A stretch of DNA of 63,470 nucleotides, filler included, from Octopus bimaculoides (Eukaryota), in the NCBI RefSeq assembly GCF_001194135.2. It is 8 parts of 7 records of this genome, joined end to end, with 100 filler letters (N's around TTAATTAATTAA, not from the genome) between each part and the next. Parts side by side here need not be neighbours in the genome. Positions count along the whole stretch, not along the records: positions 53,731 to 58,110 come from NC_069005.1; positions 58,211 to 61,107 come from NW_026374801.1; positions 61,208 to 63,470 come from NC_068996.1; 5 more parts are not named here. One strand, 5' to 3'. Position 1 is the stretch's first letter; the number at the start of each line of letters is the position of its first letter. The notes beneath the pieces are model-generated. The model had not been told where the DNA came from. It saw nothing but the letters and a program-made list of their open reading frames with translations, and did no database searches. The position numbers and the translations under genes were made by a program. Shown here in pieces: positions 54,945 to 63,470 of the stretch.

Positions 54945-55544
54945 GTAAGTAGTTTTACTATCGCCTGCCCAAAATGTAGAATGAACACTAAACGCCACCA
55001 CATGACTCTCACCCCTACCCCACTCCCTTTCATGCATTATGCCTGCCTCTCTCTCCCTCTCTCTCTCTCTCTCAACCTTTTATCTTTACTTCTTTCAGTC
55101 ATTGGACTGCGGCCATGCTGGAGCGTTGAAGAATTTTTAGTCGAATGAATTGACCCCCACCCCACCCGAGTACTTTTTTTTTTTTTCTAAGCCTGGTACT
55201 TGTTCTATTGAACTCCTTTGCAGAACTGTTAACTTACATGGATGTAAACACACCAACACTGGTTGCCAAGTGGTAATGGGAGACAAGCACAAATTCAAAG
55301 ACACACATACACATACATATATATACACACACACACATATGTATGTATATATAAAATATAAGGATAAAATCTACATTAGATTTTATCAAGTAGCAAGCTT
55401 GAAAAACCAATTAAGGAAAAAATTAATACTAAGTATATAATTTGTCTTTAAATATAAATGCATTAATTAATTGATAATAATTAATTAATTGTCTTTGATA
55501 TAATTAACACATGTATGTATATATATATATATATATATGGGAGA

Positions 55545-55700
55545 ATTTACGAAAAAAAACAACAGATAAAGACAGGTGGTGTAAACAACAAATGGATGTA
55601 TTAGTTTAACGCTCGGGAATAGAGAAAGCCTTTGATGTTTCGAGCCTATGCTCTTCAACTGAAAGGAAGACAAAGAAATAAGGAGAGAAACAAGGAGAAA
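55545..55700. repeat. Dispersed repeat, possibly a Penelope-type terminal segment
   Basis: GTGTAAACAACAAA..GTATTAGTTTAA(C/T)GCTC(G/A)GGAA..GAGAAAG..ATGTTTCGA(G/A)CCTA(T/C)GCT is shared with 21040-21122. The class assignment is inference. Confidence 0.5.
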
Positions 55701-55712
55701 AAATATGGAGAA

Positions 55713-55743
<31 letters not shown>

Positions 55744-55979
55744 TGTATATGTGTATATATTGGATCATCCCATAAATAATGTGGGTTTTTTTATACTTCT
55801 TTTCATAAGATAAACAAAGTTCTTTTTTGATCTAAAATCTAATCTCCTTTGTTTTCTACAAGGGATTATGTAGATCATCCTGAAGTTCAGTAGATTATGT
55901 AGAAATCCCTTTGTGTGTGTGTGTGTGTGTGGGGGGGGGTCACGCTGTTGTATTTTGATGTTTTTTTTTTCTTCTTTAG

Positions 55980-56064
55980 TAACATTGAAGAGGTTGTCAA
56001 GTTCCCTGGGATGAAACAACAGAAGCAGTTGACTTACGCTACGAAACAAATGATTGCTCGGGAG
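55980..56064 (+). CDS. CHTF18: CHTF18 internal exon
   Basis: (T)n-cttctttAG|(P)NIEEVVKFPGMKQQKQLTYATKQMIARE|GTAAGT. 85 nt, phase 2 to 0. Carries the Ctf18 motif LTY.TKQ.IARE. Confidence 0.93.
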
Positions 56065-56189
56065 GTAAGTAGATGGGGGGGTACTGGTTGAGTGCTGGGG
56101 CTGTTATATATGTGAATTTGTGTAGCCTTAGGTGTGTATATGTGGATATATATGTGTTTGTAGTAGAAGTGTATACACAGACATCTCGA

Positions 56190-56582
56190 AAGTAAATAGA
56201 CACTCCTAATTATGCCTTATTCGTTTTCAACTCTTCTTATTAATAACTGTGGCTTTGAACTGGGTGATTAGCCTCCCTGTTTTCCTGATGTGGTCCCATC
56301 TGACTATCATCCGTTCCCCAGCATGAAAAAAAACACTTGGTTGGGAACCAGTATCAGTGAGGATGACGCCATATCTGCTGTCGATGACCTTTTTTGGCCA
56401 ACAGGATGAAAGGATGAAAGATTCTTCACCAAAGGGATCGAAGAACTGCAACAATGACAGAAGAGGTGTGTGTGGACTGCAAGGAGGGTGGGGTGGACTT
56501 TGTTGAAAAATAAACCCCATTTGGTCACATTCCATGAGAGTATCTTGGTCAGACTATGAACTTTTCAGTCGTCCCTCTTGTT
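56190..56582 (+). mobile_element. Mariner 3' remnant in a CHTF18 intron
   Basis: PPCFPDVVPSDYHPFPSMKK..FFTKGIEELQ..C.DC..DFVEK*, followed by an AACTTTTCAGTCGTCCCTCTTG terminus. Confidence 0.75.
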
Positions 56583-56670
56583 TGTGTGTGTATATATATA
56601 TGTGTGTGTGTGTGTAACTCTTTGATCGTAGCTGTTCCTGTTGATATCTTATGGTTCTTTGATGTTTCAG

Positions 56671-56732
56671 ATTGCAGCAGAGAAGATGAGGATGGCTGAC
56701 AAGTCCTCTTCTGTACAGATAAGAAATGAAAA
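56671..56732 (+). CDS. CHTF18: CHTF18 internal exon (3' boundary inferred)
   Basis: gtttcAG|IAAEKMRMADKSSSVQIRNE continues IARE-I..EKMR. The donor AA|GTCAGT was chosen because it gives the phase 2 needed by the next exon. Confidence 0.72.
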
Positions 56733-57099
56733 GTCAGTATTCTTCCATTCCAAATTCTATGATTCTTTAATTCTTTCCTTTTCTGTATTTCTGATAATTT
56801 TGTTGTGTGTAGGGAGGGTCATAATGCCAATATTGATAACACATGCACTGGTTCAATTCCACTTTATTATTGGTCAATTGGTTAACTATCTGTCCAACTA
56901 ATTAACCACTCGTTTGTTTAACTTGTTGGTTAAAGAGTCAGTTTTTCTTTTTCTCTTTTTTTTTGTTTTTGGTCAAAGTCGTTTCCTTGCCATTTGCAAG
57001 CTTTTTCAGTGATTTCTCTCTTTGTGATAATGTTTTCATATCGTCCTAACACAACAGGTGCTTACACACAGGTGTACACACTTGTCGCAAATATTTGCT

Positions 57100-57130
<31 letters not shown>

Positions 57131-57251
57131 GCCTGTCTGTCTGTATGCATGCACGTGTGTGTGTATGTGTCTATGTGTGTATGTCTCTATGTGTGTGTGT
57201 GTGTGTCTATGCATGTATGTGTGTATTGTAACCATTGGTTGACACTTAAGC

Positions 57252-57294
<43 letters not shown>

Positions 57295-57349
57295 AAGCTA
57301 TACCTCAGTAGATGTGTTTAAACACTCAACTTACTCCTGTCTGTTGCAG

Positions 57350-57440
57350 CAGTACAACCATGACGACCACCACCACAACTGGTGTCATACCAAACCATAG
57401 GCAGAAGTTAGTACCACAATCAGTCGGCCTCAAGGAGCAT
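57350..57440 (+). CDS. CHTF18: CHTF18 internal exon
   Basis: ctgttgcAG|(N)STTMTTTTTTGVIPNHRQKLVPQSVGLKEH|GTAAGT. Contains the P.NH.Q.L motif of Ctf18. The acceptor is a tandem CAGCAG. Confidence 0.8.
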
Positions 57441-57640
57441 GTAAGTCATCCCAGGATTATAATTCCACCCCCCTCCTCCTCCTCCTCCTCCTACTATTAC
57501 TACTACTACAACTACTACTACTATATATATTTTATAATGTCTGGTTAATATTTCTTTTCACCATTTCTTTTCTTTTCCTTTTTTTTCCCCCATAATTTGT
57601 CAGGAAGTTCCATGGATTTTTTTTCTTTTCCTTCTTTCAG

Positions 57641-57719
57641 ACGGAGCGGGATTTCTTTGGCCGTATTATTAAGCAGTCGGCCCCCTCCTCTCAGGTGGAC
57701 CCCACTGATGTTGTTAAAG
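57641..57719 (+). CDS. CHTF18: CHTF18 exon before the missing C-terminal exon
   Basis: cttctttcAG|TERDFFGRIIKQSAPSSQVDPTDVVK(G)|GTACGT. DFFGR is conserved in Ctf18. The terminal W-F-x-F-x-E-G-x-S-N-A-V-R exon was not found in the window. Confidence 0.88.
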
Positions 57720-58366
57720 GTACGTGCAACACATATTTAATGAATCGTAAATTAAAGTTACCATCGAGAAAGAGAAGAAAGCCATCACCTTATCATCATC
57801 ATCATCATCACCATCATATACATACATACACACACACATGTGTGTGTATTATATCTTTGTGTATATTAGATACATACACATATATAGGCGCAGGCGTGAG
57901 TGTGTGGTAAGAAGCTTGCTTGCCAACCACATGGTTCCGGGTTCAGTCCCATTGCATGGCACCTTGAGTGTCTTCTACTATAGCCTATAGCCTTGGGCCA
58001 ACGACAGGCTTGTGAGTGGATTTGGTGAACGGAAACTGAAAGAAGCCTGTCGTATATATATATATATATATATACATATATATGTGTGTGTGTGTGTGTG
58101 TGTCTGTTCANNNNNNNNNNNNNNNNNNNNNNNNNNNNNNNNNNNNNNNNNNNNTTAATTAATTAANNNNNNNNNNNNNNNNNNNNNNNNNNNNNNNNNN
58201 NNNNNNNNNNCCAAGACCGTCATAGTAAGGTGGTCACTTCCACCGCGGTCAGTTTGAACATGGTTTGTTCTTGCCGTTTCTGTAGTACTGAGGGTTGGGT
58301 CACTAGCCTGACACCCAACCCTCCTCCTTTTGCACACACACACACACACACACACACAAATATGCA

Positions 58367-58978
58367 TATAAGAGTGTATAAAGATTTATACACAGAGAGG
58401 AGACCCTTGACGGGACTCCTTACATGATAAAAAAGCTGTTAAAACCCAAACCACACACACAAAAAAAAAAGAATTCATAAGGCACACTGTTAATGATACT
58501 AGAGCGAACAAAAAATGAATTAGATAGTCCTGTACTCGAGTTTCACTATTAGTAGCCAAATAAATTCATTTGGTATCCATAGATCTTCAGCAGGATTTCT
58601 AATGAATGCATAATTATGTAGTTGCAATACATACCGAAAGCACGTATGCAAGACAGCTACATCTTTATCCATCATGGATTCGAACTCAGTGTGCAAGCGT
58701 AAACATATACTCCCCAGGAGTAAATAAGTAAATTTAAACTGTGTACCATATAGTTTCAGAATTATAAATATTAGTATAGTAAATATGAGGGTAAAATAAT
58801 TTATTACCAGTGGTTAGCATGCGTAATAAAAGTCATAAGGCATAACATATATTTAAATATAAGAGTGTATAAAGATTCATACACAGGGAGGAGACGTTTG
58901 ATGGAACACTTTACATGTTAAAAAGGGCAGTTAAAGCCTAAACTACGAAAAAAAAAAGAATTCATAAGGACGCTGTTA
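58367..58978. repeat. Diverged direct repeat, about 125 bp, period 491
   Basis: TATAAGAGTGTATAAAGATT(T/C)ATACACAG(A/G)GAGGAGAC...AAAAAAAGAATTCATAAGG..CTGTTA at 58367-58492 and 58858-58978. Confidence 0.9.
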
Positions 58979-58979
58979 T

Positions 58980-60420
58980 TCTGGCTCCTTTTCCTTTATA
59001 TAGAGGAAGAATAATTGCATCCTTCCAGNNNNNNNNNNNNNNNNNNNNNNNNNNNNNNNNNNNNNNNNNNNNNNNNNNNNNNNNNNNNNNNNNNNNNNNN
59101 NNNNNNNNNNAAATCGCAAGACCTCAACACAAATTCCATCCCTTCCAGGTGCCCTACCAAGATTGAATTTACTTATTGCTGTCATTACCTCATCTATTGA
59201 GGGCGTGGAATTGATATGTCTTTGTTGCATAATATCAATCACTGTTCCATCCACAACTGACTCATGGTTTAGGAGTTCAGAGAAGTGTTTAATCCAGNNN
59301 NNNNNNNCACAACTGACTCATGGTTTAGGAGTTCAGAGAAGTGTTTAATCCAGCGACCTGTGATTTCTGTTGATTTAGTAAACAGTGTGGAAGACTCCTT
59401 GGAGAGCAAAGGAGCTGATGTGGAGCTCTCAGGCTCATAAACTTGCATCATAAGATGGTAGAGATTCTTGCTGTTATTTGCATCAGCAGTAGCCTGAACA
59501 TCACGAGCAAGATCCTCCCACCAAGNNNNNNNNNNTAGCCTGAACATCACGAGCAAGATCCTCCCACCAAGTGTTCTGCATCTTCATGAGAGATTGCTGC
59601 AGTAGTGATTTTACACTGCCATAGTGGGCAAGTGCAAGATTTCGCTGCACAGCTGAAAGTCCTCTGTGCAGCAATATATTGTGGCATGGCATTTTACAAC
59701 CAACAACCACTGAACTTCAGCATCATTTTCATCAAATCAGTCCCTGTGTCTGGCAGTAGCATATTCTAGTGTTTCAGCAGCACATTGAAAATCTTCCCAT
59801 ACTGTAGTATTTTCAATGTTGGACAAGCGAGTCTGANNNNNNNNNNTCTTTCCTCAACACAGCATCATATATCTTGTGGACATTCAGCCGCCGAGGAATA
59901 CCAACTAGCCCTCTTCTTTCTTTCACTCTAACCATCATCCGGAACTTTGCTTGCACCAGACTGTGGTTTGTCCAGCATTCCAATCCATCAAAGGACTTGA
60001 CATTACCAATTTCGTAGATGTCATGCTTGCAGATGATGACATAATTCAGCAAGTGCCAAATTTTAGACCTTGGATGCATCCACGTTGTTGTGTGATCACC
60101 TTTGTGCATAANNNNNNNNNNACCTTGGATGCATCCACGTTGTTGTGTGATCACCTTTGTGCATAAAATGATTGCTTGCAATGTAAAATCCATGTTCGTT
60201 GCAAAGCACCAGCAACATGAGACTATTGCTATTCATTTTCCCTACGCCAAAACATCCAAAAAGTTCCATGTTTGCCAGTCTGTTCCAACCCTGGCACTGA
60301 AATCCCTCAGTAGAATGACTTTATCAGAACTGGGTATTTTTCCTAAGAATGGCTCTCAGCTGGGTATAAAAAATAGTTTATCTTCATCACAACTAGTCAA
60401 AGTAGGTTCATAGGCACAGG
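58980..60420 (-). mobile_element. RTE (BovB-like) LINE relic: APE end, linker and RT start
   Basis: TWMHPRSKIWHLLNYVI..CWTNHSLV, WWEDLARDVQ..ITGRWIKHFSELLN and PSIDEVMTAISKFNLGRAPGRDGICVEVL. Broken by several 10-N overlaps. Confidence 0.85.
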
Positions 60421-60429
60421 AAGCTCCTC

Positions 60430-61100
60430 CAAACTCTTAAGGATATCAGAACGAACTACAAAGCCAACACCAACATCTCTGTGTTCACCTCATCCTCCTC
60501 TGGGGTGGCCTCTTTCTGTTGTTTTGCCTCTTCTTCCTCCTGTTTTTTGCAGTACTGTTGAATGTGGCCCTTTTGGCCACACTTAAAACATCTTGGCTGG
60601 CGACCGTCCATCATAACTGCCAAACGGGTCCAACCAACCGAGATGACCTCTGTTATCTCTTCCAAAGTGGCTTGTTCAGCCTGAATCGTAATTTTTATCA
60701 TCTGGCCAAGCCAGTTTTGAGTTTCATTCACCTCTGCATATAATTATATTAATTTTATCTTCCAGTTTATCAGTTACGGCGGCCTCCAACCACTCTGGGT
60801 CTATTTCCGGTGGCACACCTTTTATTTGGATTTTTGACGTTCTTCTACCCATATAAACGGACAGAAGAACCATCTCCTCCGTTTTTAAAGGGTTAACGGA
60901 GTGGAGACAGGCTAATTCCTCCGTCTCCAATCTCACATCGATAGTGGCATATTTTTTCCCTCTTGTTACGTATTTTATGGACGACCAAATTGGTTTTAGG
61001 CATTTTTCAATTACACTTTCTGTTGTATATTCCAGTCTCTTCTGTTTTACACTGCAAGTTTTGAAAATTATCGTTTTTCTTTCCTCTTTTTCTACTATTT
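60430..61100 (-). mobile_element. LINE ORF1/gag-like remnant with CCHC knuckle
   Basis: RRTSKIQIKGVPPEIDPEWLEAAV.. and DGRQPRCFKCGQKGHIQQYC (CX2CX4HX4C). Confidence 0.75.
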
Positions 61101-61208
61101 CTATCGGNNNNNNNNNNNNNNNNNNNNNNNNNNNNNNNNNNNNNNNNNNNNTTAATTAATTAANNNNNNNNNNNNNNNNNNNNNNNNNNNNNNNNNNNNN
61201 NNNNNNNA

Positions 61209-61505
61209 GAGAGGGGTGAATATAGAGGGGTACTCCCGAGTGGAATCTGGATGTTACCCCACTCGGACTTACGATAGAGGGTTTGTATTCTTGTATACAG
61301 ACAGCTTCAGTGACTTGTCTCAGCATTGTATCAGTGGGATGTGTGGATAAGATGTTTAATTTAAATATCCCTAACGAGCCGTTGTGGCAGTCTATAGCAT
61401 GCTGATAGGAGATGGAGTTTGGTTTCTTTTCAATGTAGTTGTCCAGGTGTTCTTTGAACCTATCATTGATACTCTTAGAAGTCTCACCAATGTATGACTC
61501 TGGGT
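61209..61505 (-). mobile_element. GIY-YIG endonuclease fragment (Penelope-like), duplicated at 61980-62192
   Basis: YIGETSKSINDRFKEH...RQVTEAVCIQEYKPSI carries the YIG/R/H/E motifs. Confidence 0.8.
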
Positions 61506-63470
61506 TAGCCGCGCTTGTTTCAGTTTTCATCTACCAAATCCTCTCACAAGGCTTTGGTCGGCCCGAGGCTATAATTAAAAACACTTGCCCAAGCTGCCAC
61601 GCAGTAGGACTGAACCTGGAACCATGTGTTTGGTTAGCAAGCTACTTTCCACATAGCAACTACAAAACAAAACAAAACATCTTTATTTTAGACCACACCT
61701 TAAAAATCCAACAATTGTTTCAATTGCATTAATACACACACACATACACACACACACACACAGACAAACCCCCACACAAACACGCACACACACATATATG
61801 CATATATATATATGTATGTGTATNNNNNNNNNNACACACATACATCTACACATACGTACATACGTATCAAACTATGTACGCTCATACGTACATAGTTATA
61901 TAAAAGAATATATATAACTACATATATATATTTTAGTATAAGGCATCTCAACATGTATGTATGGATTTCCACATGCAAAAGAGAGAGAGAGGGGTGAATA
62001 TAGAGGGGTACTCCCGAGTGGAATCTGGATGTTACCCCACTCGGACTTACGATAGAGGGTTTGTATTCTTGTATACAGACAGCTTCAGTGACTTGTCTCA
62101 GCATTGTATCAGTGGGATGTGTGGATAAGATGTTTAATTTAAATATCCCTAACGAGCCGTTGTGGCAGTCTATAGCATGCTGATAGGAGATGNNNNNNNN
62201 NNNNNNNNNNNNNNNNNNNNNNNNNNNNNNNNNNNNNNNNNNNNNNNNNNNNNNNNNNNNNNNNNNNNNNNNNNNNNNNNNNNNNNNNNNNNNNNNNNNN
62301 NNNNNNNNNNNNNNNNNNNNNNNNNNNNNNNNNNNNNNNNNNNNNNNNNNNNNNNNNNNNNNNNNNNNNNNNNNNNNNNNNNNNNNNNNNNNNNNNNNNN
62401 NNNNNNNNNNNNNNNNNNNNNNNNNNNNNNNNNNNNNNNNNNNNNNNNNNNNNNNNNNNNNNNNNNNNNNNNNNNNNNNNNNNNNNNNNNNNNNNNNNNN
62501 NNNNNNNNNNNNNNNNNNNNNNNNNNNNNNNNNNNNNNNNNNNNNNNNNNNNNNNNNNNNNNNNNNNNNNNNNNNNNNNNNNNNNNNNNNNNNNNNNNNN
62601 NNNNNNNNNNNNNNNNNNNNNNNNNNNNNNNNNNNNNNNNNNNNNNNNNNNNNNNNNNNNNNNNNNNNNNNNNNNNNNNNNNNNNNNNNNNNNNNNNNNN
62701 NNNNNNNNNNNNNNNNNNNNNNNNNNNNNNNNNNNNNNNNNNNNNNNNNNNNNNNNNNNNNNNNNNNNNNNNNNNNNNNNNNNNNNNNNNNNNNNNNNNN
62801 NNNNNNNNNNNNNNNNNNNNNNNNNNNNNNNNNNNNNNNNNNNNNNNNNNNNNNNNNNNNNNNNNNNNNNNNNNNNNNNNNNNNNNNNNNNNNNNNNNNN
62901 NNNNNNNNNNNNNNNNNNNNNNNNNNNNNNNNNNNNNNNNNNNNNNNNNNNNNNNNNNNNNNNNNNNNNNNNNATATATATATATATATAAATATGCGTA
63001 TATTTAAATGTATTTATGTATGTATGATTATCTATATATTCGTAATATAATACAATTCAGTGTAGAACAGTATTACTGCACTGTTAACAATACTTGCAGT
63101 TATTTTCTGTCTGTCTGTCTTACAATACATGGAAATCATTTGTTGTTGTGATTGTTCTTTGCTTTCATTATGCCTCACCTTTCATATCTCCCAAAACCAA
63201 CCACACCTACTGTACCTACCACCCTAGTTTATAATTTCAAAACCCCACCCCACCCCATCTCATACTTTCTCATCAAGACACTCCACTTGAACCCTCTTGT
63301 CACGTTGCTGATGTATTTATGTGAGATTTGATCATGTACCCCATGTTAAGATCGAACGTACAAGATAATACATATTACATTAGATAAGGAAGTAGCGACC
63401 AGCACCACCACCAGCACCACCACGGCCGCCACCACTGCCACTACCACCACCACCACCACCACCACCACCA

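Noticed and set aside
55630-55665. Hammerhead-ribozyme-like core on the minus strand (TTGAAGA-GCATAGGCTC-GAAA) in a putative Penelope terminus
   Set aside because: The core deviates from CUGANGA, helix II does not pair properly, and no NUH cleavage triplet closes helix III. An Infernal search would settle it.

Overview
Draft-assembly animal genomic DNA: AT-rich, dense in SINEs, LINEs and microsatellites. The repeat landscape looks like an octopod cephalopod, but that is an inference. Two spliced protein-coding genes are supported, both partial and pointing away from each other. (1) The kinase-domain and C-terminal exons of a LIM-domain kinase (LIMK) on the minus strand: six exons between 7195 and <1, all GT-AG with consistent phases, HRDLN catalytic loop, DFG and [14 protein letters not shown]. 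(2) Six C-terminal exons of the RFC-like clamp-loader subunit CHTF18/Ctf18 on the plus strand, 54014-57719. I could not find the 5' part of either gene, or the last CHTF18 exon. Seven identical 100-bp linkers (44 N + TTAATTAATTAA + 44 N) split the window into blocks, and they bound both gene blocks, so gene adjacency and long-range order are unreliable. The rest is intronic or intergenic DNA carrying tRNA-derived SINEs with shuffled heads and tails, decayed LINEs (RTE, R4/Dong-like RLE, L1/Tx1-like, CR1/L2, Penelope-like), Tc1/mariner relics and several MITEs, one of them filled with telomere-type repeats. No rRNA, intact tRNA or CRISPR array was seen. Most ORF-track entries are microsatellite or N-gap artefacts. 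I found no clearly supported novel gene system. The best leads are the telomere-repeat MITE, the modular SINE network, a phase-compatible chain of orphan plus-strand exons, and (TAA)n-associated RLE LINEs.
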